In this document: positions 22,377 to 31,217 of the stretch, in pieces | Layout of the letters: each line of letters begins with the position of its first letter | Position numbering within the stretch: the stretch's first letter is position 1 | From: Candidatus Nitrosotenuis cloacae | Lineage (GTDB): Archaea; Thermoproteota; Nitrososphaeria; Nitrososphaerales; Nitrosopumilaceae | NCBI RefSeq assembly: GCF_000955905.1 | Contig: NZ_CP011097.1 | Span: 894,582-926,581 of the forward strand | Reading direction: 5' to 3' | DNA: 32,000 nucleotides | Notes under the pieces: model-generated | Databases searched by the model: none | Told to the model about the DNA's origin: nothing | What the model saw: only the letters and a program-made list of their open reading frames with translations | Position numbers and translations under genes: made by a program

Positions 22377-23249
22377 TCAACCCGCGTGTGCCATATTTAG
22401 AACAGAGAGAATTCCAAGTAGGGATTCTTCCATTCGAACGGTATCAGTTGCTTGGTTTGGGAAAAAGTTGAAGACCTTGGCGTTTGGAACTTGGTTTATT
22501 TTTTTGCCCAGAATGTCATACAATCCTCGATCTGGCGCTCCAAAGACAACCAAAAGTGGTTTGTCGGTGTGCCCATACTCTTGGAGTTGTTTGTTTGTTA
22601 TCTCTTTTCCTTTTCTTGATGTCAGTATGATCTGTCCCTTCCATTCCTCCAGAATATTGAGAAGACTAGGACGCTCTTTTACCTTGTAGCCCCAATATTG
22701 CTTTATTTCGTTTTCAGATATTTCCTTGAAGGTGATAGGATCGACGGTTTTGATTTGGATTGTAACTCGTTTTTTGTCCCATTCTTTTCCAAAGTATGGA
22801 AGCATTTGGTGTATTCCAATGTCTAGGAATTTTTTGCCCTTGTAGAACACAATTGCACCCTCTCGGATATCACCAGGTTTGAGATTTTTTGGATTTGATG
22901 ATAAAGAATGGTGCGGGGTTTGTAGCGGATGCATTACTCCGGCATATCTCAGATCGTCCATCTTTGGAAAGATTGTTTTGCGCAGATATTGTGGAGTTTC
23001 CAAATATCTCAGTATGGTTGCAAGTAGAAATCTATCAGATGTGTTTCCTTGGCCCTCATCATAAATGAAGATGGTTTGGACACCAAAAATAGCACAAGCC
23101 CTTGCAATAATTGAGATTTTTCGAGACTTGTCTAGTTTGGTTGATTCGTCTTGAAGACAAGAATCTGGTATTGCTACAGAGATATTCAAAAAAGGCCTAC
23201 GAACTTGGGATTGGGAATTTTTGTTTTCCGAGCTTTGCATAGTTTGCAA
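22377..23249 (-). CDS. putative SPOUT-superfamily RNA methyltransferase (DUF171/SPOUT1-like, COG2106-like)
   Basis: LNISVAIPDS, ISIIARACAIFGV, LETPQYLRK and LLVVFGAPDRGL match my recollection of the DUF171 family. The start is uncertain: ATG 23249 overlaps psmA by 53 nt, while TTG at 23189 would avoid the overlap. Confidence 0.6.
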   Translation of the reverse strand: MQTMQSSENKNSQSQVRRPFLNISVAIPDSCLQDESTKLDKSRKISIIARACAIFGVQTIFIYDEGQGNTSDRFLLATILRYLETPQYLRKTIFPKMDDLRYAGVMHPLQTPHHSLSSNPKNLKPGDIREGAIVFYKGKKFLDIGIHQMLPYFGKEWDKKRVTIQIKTVDPITFKEISENEIKQYWGYKVKERPSLLNILEEWKGQIILTSRKGKEITNKQLQEYGHTDKPLLVVFGAPDRGLYDILGKKINQVPNAKVFNFFPNQATDTVRMEESLLGILSVLNMAHAG

Positions 23250-23976
23250 TCTGCTCCGGTGTTACTTTTTCAAATTGTTTTGTTGATGTTTTGATGACTG
23301 ACATTTTGATGTGATCAGTTCCTTCCTTTTGGTCACTTGCCATGTAAATACAGGCAGTTGCCAGTGCGGATGCATCATCAAGCGACAAGTCATGTTTGAA
23401 GTTTTTTTCCAAAAAGTCATTTGCCTGCTCAGAGCCTGCACCAATTGATACTGCATCATATGCAATGTAGGTTCCGCTTGGATCAGTTAGATATAGTGAA
23501 TTTCCGCTAGAGTCAACTCCGCCGATAATTAGTGCAACACCAAATGGTCTTGCGCCACCAAACTGAGTATATTGTTGACACTGATCTGCAAGATGTTTTG
23601 CTACGGTTTCAACATCTACTGATTCATCGTAGATGATTCTGTTGCTTTGTGAGAAGAATCTTGCATTGTCTGCCTGACTCCTTGCATCTGGAATGTAGCC
23701 CGCAGCTGCAAATCCAATGTGTTCATCAATTTGAAATATTTTATGGGCTGATTCTGAAATTTGTAATTTGCGTGGTTTTTCTTCTACTGCCATTACCACA
23801 CCATCTTTGCTTTTGATACCAACTGCAATTGCTCCACGTCGTACTGTTTCAATTGCATATTCTACTTGATACAGTCTGCCATCCGGGGAAAATATTGTAA
23901 TAGCTCTATCATAGCCTTGTTGAGAAGGAAGCAATTCTGCTTTGAGTCTTTGAAAGTTTAATTTAAGTCTAGTCAT
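23197..23976 (-). CDS. psmA: proteasome subunit alpha
   Basis: GYDRAITIFSPDGRLYQVEYAIE near the N-terminus with a full alpha-type core. The start is ambiguous: ATG 23976, or TTG 23934 just before LPSQQGYDR. The track start at 24036 would overlap the divergent gene. Confidence 0.88.
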   Translation of the reverse strand: MTRLKLNFQRLKAELLPSQQGYDRAITIFSPDGRLYQVEYAIETVRRGAIAVGIKSKDGVVMAVEEKPRKLQISESAHKIFQIDEHIGFAAAGYIPDARSQADNARFFSQSNRIIYDESVDVETVAKHLADQCQQYTQFGGARPFGVALIIGGVDSSGNSLYLTDPSGTYIAYDAVSIGAGSEQANDFLEKNFKHDLSLDDASALATACIYMASDQKEGTDHIKMSVIKTSTKQFEKVTPEQIANYAKLGKQKFPIPSS

Positions 23977-23985
23977 GCGTGATTC

Positions 23986-24402
23986 GTGCGATTTGAGATT
24001 CCATTTTCTGGCCATGCAAATGTGCGAGCAAATCATACTCGAACAATAGAGATCACAACCGAGCCTGATCTAACCTTACAAGGCGATTGCATAATCGGAG
24101 TTGGTGCAGAATTTGGTTGCAAAAAAATCCCAGACGATCTAAAAGAAAAACTTCGTCGATCGGATGCACAAGTAACGATCACCATACTTGTCAATGACGA
24201 AAAATTTGAGATTGTGGGAAAAGGCCACGAGGAGTTAAAGCTGGAAAACCCTCACGACATTGTAATTAGAAAGAGCAATTTTTTGTGTCCAAGAACACTT
24301 GCGATCAGATGTGACAAGGCATCTGATGATATGCCCCGAGAAATGATGAAAAAACTACAAGATCCAAAAACAAAAGGATTGTTTGTAATAGAAGTTACTT
24401 GA
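23986..24402 (+). CDS. DUF371-family protein
   Basis: 138 aa with a GTG start. FSGHANVRANHTRTIEITTEPDLTLQGDCIIGV matches the DUF371 N-terminal pattern (GH.N..A.H.TT.E.T....LT..GDCI.G) as I recall it. Confidence 0.55.
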   Translation: MRFEIPFSGHANVRANHTRTIEITTEPDLTLQGDCIIGVGAEFGCKKIPDDLKEKLRRSDAQVTITILVNDEKFEIVGKGHEELKLENPHDIVIRKSNFLCPRTLAIRCDKASDDMPREMMKKLQDPKTKGLFVIEVT

Positions 24403-24916
24403 CCTTTTTTTGTCCGACAGTAAAATCTTTGTTTTCCAGAACGCTTGCCATTGCGCGATTTACAATTTCTGTCATGACAAATTCATTGTAGGACGATTCT
24501 GATTTTTTCTGCAGTCCTGGTTTTTTTGCAATTCCTTCCAAAATCTTTTCGATTTTGACGGATGTGGTTTTTATCATCGAAGAATACTTTGAATCAAAAT
24601 CCTTTGAGGATTGGTTTGATATCAGCTTAATCGAGGTGCCATAGAATTTTGCAACGGCGCCACGTACTTCTTCAATTTTGACGATTTCAATTAGGCCTGC
24701 TTCTTTTAGAATATCCAAATGATGTCGGATTGTTGTGATTGCTTTGTTGTGTCCATTTTTTTGGAGTTCTTTTCCTATTTGCTCAGTAGTGAGTCGTTTG
24801 TGATATAACATCTCTACAATTTTTGCCCTTGCTGGGTCTTCAAGTGCCCTGGCGTGTTCAACAGATATTGTTACGACTCGGTTGACCTTGATTGGTTTTT
24901 CTAGTAATGTTGACAT
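24395..24916 (-). CDS. ArsR-family winged-helix transcriptional regulator
   Basis: 173 aa. ALEDPARAKIVEMLYHKRLTTEQIGKEL...ITTIRHHLDILKEAGLIEIVK is a typical ArsR-type HTH. The C-terminal half is uncharacterised. Confidence 0.7.
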   Translation of the reverse strand: MSTLLEKPIKVNRVVTISVEHARALEDPARAKIVEMLYHKRLTTEQIGKELQKNGHNKAITTIRHHLDILKEAGLIEIVKIEEVRGAVAKFYGTSIKLISNQSSKDFDSKYSSMIKTTSVKIEKILEGIAKKPGLQKKSESSYNEFVMTEIVNRAMASVLENKDFTVGQKKVK

Positions 24917-25186
24917 GATGTTTGCTTCTAATGCGTTTAGCTAAAAGATCCTAGCATCATATTTTTTTGTCCAATCGCATTAACTTTTTTACACTACGAA
25001 AAATATCATACCAAAACCGAATTTAGTTCTTTTACTACTATGAATTTAGTTTTGGTATAATAAAATCAGTAATGCAGTAACATAAATGGTAATAAAACTA
25101 GTAATTTAGAAAAATCTAAAATTTTGGCAGCTCTGGGAACTTGTCGTCCAAAATGCGTTCAAAAGCGGCAAGGAGTATCCACTCCA

Positions 25187-25210
25187 ACATTGAATTCGAG
25201 TTGAAAATGA
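25187..25210. repeat. degenerate relative of the palindromic motif, copy E (ACATTGAATTCGAGTTGAAAATGA)
   Basis: Shares the central GAATTCGAGTT with copy B and lies 10 nt after the purC stop, but its arms are diverged. Adjacent GGAGT-ATCC-ACTCC hairpin at 25172-25185. Confidence 0.4.
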
Positions 25211-25220
25211 AAAACTATCC

Positions 25221-26045
25221 CTAGAGCTTGCTGCCAGTGATTAAATTATAGGAATCAACATATCGGCTCGACATCTTTTGGATTATTTCAGGTGGGACTG
25301 ATGGTGCGATTGGTTCTTTTCCTTGTGCTCTTGTATCTTCAAACTGTTTTTGATATCCATTTGCAGTAAGCCAGTCTCGCAAGATTTGTTTGTCGTATGA
25401 TTCTTGTATTCTGCCTACAACATAGGTTTCCTTTGGCCACATTCTGTATTCGTCGGGTCCTATTGAGTCTCCAAGGGTTATGACGCCATCAAGCTTGCCA
25501 AACTCTAGCTTTAGATCAGCCAAGATGAATCCTGCATTATCTGCAATTTTGTACATTTGATTGTAGATTTCCAACGATTTGGATTCAAGGAATTGATATT
25601 CATTTTCTGTTACCAGATTACGCTGAATGGCATTTTGCTTATCGATTGGTTCATCATGTTCGGATTTTGTCGTAGGATCAAAGATTGGCCTGGGTAGTTT
25701 TGCTGCAGTCTCGGTTTTGCTTCCCTCTGGGATGGCTACTTGACCTGCCTTCCATCGCGAGATCAGACTACCATAGAAATAACCTCTAACCACGCATTCG
25801 ACTGGAATCATTTTCATTTTTTTAACAATGATCTCGTTTTTTGAGATAGACTTTACAAAATGGTTTTTGACTGGTAATTTGTTAAACCAGAATTCTGCAA
25901 ACTTTGTTAAAACTTCACCTTTGTATGGAATTGGATCATGAAATTTGACATCATATGCAGACACTCTATCGCTGAACTTGAAAAGAAGTGTTCCATCCCC
26001 CATATCATAGACATCTTTTACCTTACCAGAACCAATGAACTTCAA
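25221..26045 (-). CDS. purC: phosphoribosylaminoimidazole-succinocarboxamide (SAICAR) synthase
   Basis: 274 aa with GSGKVKDVYDMGDGTLLFKFSDRVSAYDV and LADLKLEFG, typical of PurC. Confidence 0.9.
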   Translation of the reverse strand: MKFIGSGKVKDVYDMGDGTLLFKFSDRVSAYDVKFHDPIPYKGEVLTKFAEFWFNKLPVKNHFVKSISKNEIIVKKMKMIPVECVVRGYFYGSLISRWKAGQVAIPEGSKTETAAKLPRPIFDPTTKSEHDEPIDKQNAIQRNLVTENEYQFLESKSLEIYNQMYKIADNAGFILADLKLEFGKLDGVITLGDSIGPDEYRMWPKETYVVGRIQESYDKQILRDWLTANGYQKQFEDTRAQGKEPIAPSVPPEIIQKMSSRYVDSYNLITGSKL

Positions 26046-26126
26046 TTATTGCTCAGAATATACCCAAAATAGCCAATTATAACAATTTTTGAGTGGATTT
26101 TTAATCCTGATATTGAAAAGAAAGCC

Positions 26127-27395
26127 ATGAAAGCAGTTGTTCTTGTTTTGCTTATTTCCATCTCATTTTTGCCCTCATTTGCAAGCCACACCTCAGATGG
26201 GGAATCAGACGGACCTCAACTGTATGATCAAAGCCTGATTGTGGAGCGATTCGTCAAGGAAGGAATACCAAACAGCCCCACAACAATGACATTTGTTGGG
26301 AATGATATTCTGGTTTTGGAGAGATATACAGGTTTGGTAAGATTGGTCAAAGACGGACAACTACAACCATGGCCTGTCCTGGATGTGTCGGTTGCAAAAG
26401 ACGGAGAGCGTGGAATGCTTGGGATCACAGCAATTGGAAATACTGTGTATCTTTACTTTACAGCTGCCAATGTGGACGCAGGGCAAGCAATTGAGAATCG
26501 CATCTACAAGTACACTTGGAATGGCGATAAACTGGTTGATCCTGTTTTGCTAAAGACTCTACCAAGTGACAATTTCTATCACAATGGAGGCGCCATGACA
26601 AATCACAATGGCCAAGTATATGCCGTAATTGGTGATAATGGAAACTATGGCATACTGCAAAATAGGCCGCATGAATGGAAAAACGATACCAGTGTTATTT
26701 TGAGAGTTGATCCTCCAGGATCTTACTATGGGATTGGAATTAGAAACAGCTTTGGATTAGCAGTAGACCCAGTCACCGGCAATCTTTGGGATACTGAAAA
26801 TGGTCCGGATGAATACGATGAGATCAATTTAGTGCCGGAAAATTTCAACAGCGGATGGATTGAGATCATGGGGCCTGCAAATAACCAGACCAAAGTTGAT
26901 GCCCTTCCAAAATACAAAGATTTTGTTTATTCTGATCCAGAATTCAGTTGGCAAAAACCAGTTGCTCCAACAGGAATTGAATTTGGTACAGAACAACTAG
27001 GACATCCAGATAAAATATTTGTGAGCGATTGCAATACAGGTAGCCTTTATTGGTTTACGCTAAATCCACAAAGAGACGGACTAGTGTTCAACTCTTCAGA
27101 ACTAGAAGACATGGTGTTAAACATTGATGAGTCAAACGCCGAGATTGTGTTTGGCACGGGATTTGGCTGTGCAACAGACATTGAGCGTGGCCCAGACGGA
27201 TTTTTGTATATTGTATCGCTATCAGATGGTGCAATCTACAGACTAATGCCTGCGGCCTTGACAGAAAGCCCAGAAACAAAACCAGCCGAAGAACTTCCAA
27301 TACAATACATTGCGATTGCAATAGGTGCCATTGCCGCAATAATAGCAGGATTTGTAATAAAGCGCAAAAAGACTAGTCTGCCAAATCAGGGCTAG
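26127..27395 (+). CDS. secreted beta-propeller protein, PQQ-dependent sugar dehydrogenase (GSDH)-like, with a C-terminal TM anchor
   Basis: 422 aa with an N-terminal signal-like helix. GLVRLVKDGQL...VAKDGERGMLGIT and GIRNSFGLAVDPVTGNLWDTENGPD resemble the soluble glucose/sorbosone dehydrogenase family. The C-terminus is a Pro/Glu/Thr linker, a hydrophobic helix (IAIAIGAIAAIIAGFVI), then KRKK. Confidence 0.6.
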   Translation: MKAVVLVLLISISFLPSFASHTSDGESDGPQLYDQSLIVERFVKEGIPNSPTTMTFVGNDILVLERYTGLVRLVKDGQLQPWPVLDVSVAKDGERGMLGITAIGNTVYLYFTAANVDAGQAIENRIYKYTWNGDKLVDPVLLKTLPSDNFYHNGGAMTNHNGQVYAVIGDNGNYGILQNRPHEWKNDTSVILRVDPPGSYYGIGIRNSFGLAVDPVTGNLWDTENGPDEYDEINLVPENFNSGWIEIMGPANNQTKVDALPKYKDFVYSDPEFSWQKPVAPTGIEFGTEQLGHPDKIFVSDCNTGSLYWFTLNPQRDGLVFNSSELEDMVLNIDESNAEIVFGTGFGCATDIERGPDGFLYIVSLSDGAIYRLMPAALTESPETKPAEELPIQYIAIAIGAIAAIIAGFVIKRKKTSLPNQG

Positions 27396-28815
27396 ATCTG
27401 ATTTCAATCAATCCGGCATCATAGTTGTACCCAAGACTGGAATACGGATATTGGTACACGTCATAGTTTGATTTCATACTAGTAAAGGATTTGATTGGTG
27501 TGGTAGAGTTGTAAACTTGCTCCAAGACATCGCCGCGATAAGAATCCAAATGAAAATGAGGATCTGCCAATAGAACATAGTCAGATGGGGCTTTATCAAA
27601 TAACATTACAGAATAATCTTGATACAAATTCATCTCAAGGATACCATTGTATATCCAGGAGTGATGTGGCCCTGCAAGCACCACACCATTGTGATCTGAG
27701 GCATAGTTTGCGGCAAATACTGCAGACTCGAACTGGTTTGCAGTTACATCCAAACTCAGTAACAGAATAGTGCTGACAAGACCAAATGATGCAATTACAG
27801 TCATAGATAGAATTGGAGCATACTGTTTGATTTTTTCTTTGGTATGATTTTTCCCTAAATCTGAAATCAAAACAGCAGCTGCAACACAAAAGCCAGGCAA
27901 GACTAGCATCCAATGAAAATACTGTGTATAACCAATCAGACTTAAAAATACTATAAACGGCAGAATCCACAATAACACGAAGACGTTTTTCCGCATTACA
28001 GAATAAATCACGCCGGTAATTCCAAGCCCAAACAATACAGGATCAATTGCCCCAAACGATAATGCTGTATTTTGGATGCCTGAATTTTGGCGTTGGGACT
28101 GCCACAAAACATCCTTTTTCCAATACTCAAACTGGTCATGGATTATGCTGTATGCGGGCCAAATCATCGGAATTAACAATATAGGAACCAACAACAGCAC
28201 GAGCAATCTTTTGTCTTTGTGATATGAATAAGCCAGATAGATCACCAATGGAATCATTGTAAATGATGGAATCTTGGTTAGTATTGCCAATCCAAGAAAC
28301 ATGCCAGAGAATAGCACCAGCCAGTTCTTTTTTGTGGAGTTTTTAGAGCAGACCATAAACAAAATAGACAACAGCACAAACGGCAACAAAATAGAATCAA
28401 GCAATATTCTTCTGGTAATCCAAGTCATCGGCATCACGGCAAAAAGCAATGACGCAAAAACTGCTATTCTGGAATTGTATTGTTTTTGTGCAATCTTGTA
28501 AATCAGAAAGGTATCAAATATCGCAAGCAATCCCATCAAAACCCTCGGTATCAGGTATAATGATTTGAGAGATTCTGGATCAGTTCCATTAGGGTTTAGC
28601 GCATCAGGATAACCAACCGAATACAAAATAGAGCCTAAAAACACCTGACCAAAAAACGGATGGTCATAGAACTTTGCCACCTGTGGGCCATCCCCATTTA
28701 TGACATGAATGGTGCGCTGCATGTAGACTCCTTCATCATAAAAGATCTCTGGAAACCCAACAGGATTCCAAAGGTGTGTAAATGATGACACTCCGAGGAT
28801 CAAAAGTAAGATCAA
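27373..28815 (-). CDS. GT-C fold membrane glycosyltransferase (family 39/83-like, ArnT/PMT type)
   Basis: 480 aa and polytopic. The first extracytoplasmic loop has a FYDEGVY (DE) motif like PMT/ArnT enzymes, and there is a soluble C-terminal domain. TTG start at 28815, with an in-frame TGA a short way upstream. Confidence 0.55.
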   Translation of the reverse strand: MILLLILGVSSFTHLWNPVGFPEIFYDEGVYMQRTIHVINGDGPQVAKFYDHPFFGQVFLGSILYSVGYPDALNPNGTDPESLKSLYLIPRVLMGLLAIFDTFLIYKIAQKQYNSRIAVFASLLFAVMPMTWITRRILLDSILLPFVLLSILFMVCSKNSTKKNWLVLFSGMFLGLAILTKIPSFTMIPLVIYLAYSYHKDKRLLVLLLVPILLIPMIWPAYSIIHDQFEYWKKDVLWQSQRQNSGIQNTALSFGAIDPVLFGLGITGVIYSVMRKNVFVLLWILPFIVFLSLIGYTQYFHWMLVLPGFCVAAAVLISDLGKNHTKEKIKQYAPILSMTVIASFGLVSTILLLSLDVTANQFESAVFAANYASDHNGVVLAGPHHSWIYNGILEMNLYQDYSVMLFDKAPSDYVLLADPHFHLDSYRGDVLEQVYNSTTPIKSFTSMKSNYDVYQYPYSSLGYNYDAGLIEIRSSPDLAD

Positions 28816-28910
28816 GATTTTGCGTGGCAGGCCAATCCACAGAGATACAGAGTTAATTTGGCTTTCCCATCACACAAAAATTTATCAATAGAATTTTTGC
28901 AAACATACTC

Positions 28911-29117
28911 ATGCGCGACATTAACGAGATTATGCCAAAAATACCAAACATGAAGTGGGGTGCGCTTACCAACAAATACCCATCAAACAAAAATGTCAAG
29001 GAATTAGACAAAATGTTGCCGCACGACAAGCGATGGCATACGGTATTTGACTATGAGGACCACGTCTACGTTGATGATGTTCAGGTCTGGAAAAAAGACA
29101 AAAAGGCTTGGAGTTAG
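28911..29117 (+). CDS. hypothetical protein (68 aa)
   Basis: ATG ORF with TTTAT beginning 30 nt upstream. No family recognised. Confidence 0.35.
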   Translation: MRDINEIMPKIPNMKWGALTNKYPSNKNVKELDKMLPHDKRWHTVFDYEDHVYVDDVQVWKKDKKAWS

Positions 29118-29503
29118 CTGCCCATCATACCAGGCATCTTTGGCGGAATTCTATACTCTTTTACTATGGCAATCCCATTATCCGCAGTAACCACCACCTG
29201 GTCCAGCGAGTTGCCATCAGGTGGAGATAGGATTATTTTTTTGCCAGGATCAAGTGTTCCAATCAGCTGGGTTTGACCGTTGCCAAAATTGACCAAGACA
29301 TTAGTGAGTGGCTTTGAGCCGGTATTTTGAATCATCACTCTGGCTGTGACAAAAAGATTCTGAGGGTCCTTGAATGGATCCACATCTATTTCATATTCTT
29401 GGGTTGCAATTGATCCTTTGGTTAATGATATGCCAAGTACGGCTCCAATAATTCCAATCACTGTAATGCCAGCAATTATGAAAAACCTGTATGATTCCAC
29501 CAT
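29114..29503 (-). CDS. membrane-anchored hypothetical protein with a CARDB-like beta-sandwich (129 aa)
   Basis: N-terminal TM helix (FFIIAGITVIGIIGAVLGI), then VMIQNTGSKPLTNVLVNFGNG...LDPGKKIILS, which is reminiscent of CARDB-type domains. Confidence 0.4.
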   Translation of the reverse strand: MVESYRFFIIAGITVIGIIGAVLGISLTKGSIATQEYEIDVDPFKDPQNLFVTARVMIQNTGSKPLTNVLVNFGNGQTQLIGTLDPGKKIILSPPDGNSLDQVVVTADNGIAIVKEYRIPPKMPGMMGS

Positions 29504-29532
29504 TACAGTAATGGAAAATCTAGCTATTAAGA

Positions 29533-29781
29533 TTATTTTCCGCCCTGCTCTGGAATGGTGGACAGAGTGGTGGTGGACAAGACATTGTTTGTTTTTCGGA
29601 TTTGTTTTGTTATGATATCAGAGACGTGTTTGTGGTCTGGCCCTACAACCTTCACAAAGATATCATACATGCCATATGTTCCATGTGCTTCCTTTACTCC
29701 ATCGATTTTTAGCAAATCCCTCATCACATCCATTTCGTGAGCAGTCTCGCATTTTACCAAAACAAAAGCAATCTCGGTCAT
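29533..29781 (-). CDS. stand-alone Lrp/AsnC-type ligand-binding (RAM) domain protein
   Basis: 82 aa. AFVLVKCE...VMRDLLKIDGVKEAHGTYGMYDIFVKVVGPD...ITKQIRKTNNVLSTTTL follows the RAM-domain pattern, with no HTH. Its ATG overlaps the purF stop by 1 nt (TAATG). Confidence 0.6.
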   Translation of the reverse strand: MTEIAFVLVKCETAHEMDVMRDLLKIDGVKEAHGTYGMYDIFVKVVGPDHKHVSDIITKQIRKTNNVLSTTTLSTIPEQGGK

Positions 29782-31217
29782 TATTCGCCCTTCATCTCTT
29801 CTCTTGTTTTGAAGGTTGGTTTTATGCCAAGTGTGTCATAGTTTCCAGTAGTGCAGGTAAAACATAGTGAATCATGTGGGATTCCAACTGCGGCGGCTAG
29901 ATTTTGTGCATCATTATATCCCAAAAAGTCAGCACCGATATCACTACGAATTTTCTCAATGATTTCTGCGTCTGTGCCTTCCTGATTTGCGCCAGTTGCC
30001 AGCTCTTCCTGTGATGGGAAATCAATTCCGGCATAGCAGGGATATTTGATTGGTGGATATGTAATTAGCATGCTGATTTTTCTAGCACCTGCTCGTCTTA
30101 GCGCCTTGATGATTGCCTTTGAGCTGGTACCTCTGACCAGACTGTCATCAATTATGATTACGTGCTTTCCGTTTATGATTTCGGTAATTGGTATGATCCA
30201 GCGATTAATCTCCACTCGATCGGACTGGTGTGGCTCAATAAAGCTGCGCAGTGGTCCTTTTTTGCTATATCTGTCCTTGAGTAGACCTTCATCGAATTGT
30301 AGTTTTAGCTCTTGCGCATATCCAAGTGCGGCAGGTCTTGCAGAGTCCGGAACTGGAATGACCAAATCCGCATCAGTAATTGGGAATTTTTTTGCCAAGA
30401 ACTGTCCGATTCTTTTTCTTGCGACGTAGATATTGGTTCCCTCCATCTTGGATGATGGGTGTGCAAAATACGTAAACTCAAATGAGCAATGTGCTCGCTG
30501 TTTTGCTTCTGAGAACATTTCAGATTCCATTCCAGTCTTGCTGAATTTTAGGAGCTCACCCGGCACGACATCTCGGACCAGCTTTGCGCCAATTGCCGAA
30601 ATGGCAGATGACTCTGATGCTACAATTGATACTTGACCGTCTTCCTTTAAGCCCAAAACCATTGGCCTGAAGCCTCGTGGGTCACGTGCTGCATAAACTG
30701 CATTATCATCAGACACAAAAGTAAAGCAATACGAGCCCGCCATCTCGTTTTTTAGAATGGATAAAGCTGCGCCCAATTTTCCATTGGTAGACATTAGTGA
30801 TACCAAGCGCTGGGCTGCAATCATCGTATCACTGGAGCTTTGCGGGGTGAATGTGCATCCACCAACCATGTTGGCCAATTCCGCTACATTTGCTATTGTA
30901 CCATTGTGTGCAATGCAGAGATCCTTTACCTTTAGAGGTTGAGCATTTTCCAGACTGCTTCGACCAACTGTTGAATATCTTACATGTCCAATTGCTGCAG
31001 GTGATGCATATTCTTCAGTTATCTTTTGAAATTCTGATGATGCCCCTGAAACCAAGCCTAGTCGTTTTACCGGAGTCTTGTTTGGGACTGCTATTCCCCA
31101 CGCTTCTTGTCCTCGGTGCTGTAGTGCACGTAGCGCATCAATTACCATAGGAATGACATTAGAGCCATCGCGGCTAAAGATTCCAACCACACCACAATTT
31201 TCTTTTACTTTAACCAT
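29781..31217 (-). CDS. purF: amidophosphoribosyltransferase
   Basis: 478 aa with the N-terminal nucleophile CGVVGIF, the glutamine amidotransferase class-II domain, and the PRT motif VIIIDDSLVRGTS. Confidence 0.92.
   Translation of the reverse strand: MVKVKENCGVVGIFSRDGSNVIPMVIDALRALQHRGQEAWGIAVPNKTPVKRLGLVSGASSEFQKITEEYASPAAIGHVRYSTVGRSSLENAQPLKVKDLCIAHNGTIANVAELANMVGGCTFTPQSSSDTMIAAQRLVSLMSTNGKLGAALSILKNEMAGSYCFTFVSDDNAVYAARDPRGFRPMVLGLKEDGQVSIVASESSAISAIGAKLVRDVVPGELLKFSKTGMESEMFSEAKQRAHCSFEFTYFAHPSSKMEGTNIYVARKRIGQFLAKKFPITDADLVIPVPDSARPAALGYAQELKLQFDEGLLKDRYSKKGPLRSFIEPHQSDRVEINRWIIPITEIINGKHVIIIDDSLVRGTSSKAIIKALRRAGARKISMLITYPPIKYPCYAGIDFPSQEELATGANQEGTDAEIIEKIRSDIGADFLGYNDAQNLAAAVGIPHDSLCFTCTTGNYDTLGIKPTFKTREEMKGE

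Noticed and set aside
29533-29781. PurS (small PurL partner) as the identity of the 82-aa ORF after purF
   Set aside because: The sequence follows the Lrp/AsnC RAM-domain pattern (AFVLVK...G.YDI..KV...T.TL) and lacks PurS-like motifs. It needs a profile search to be certain.
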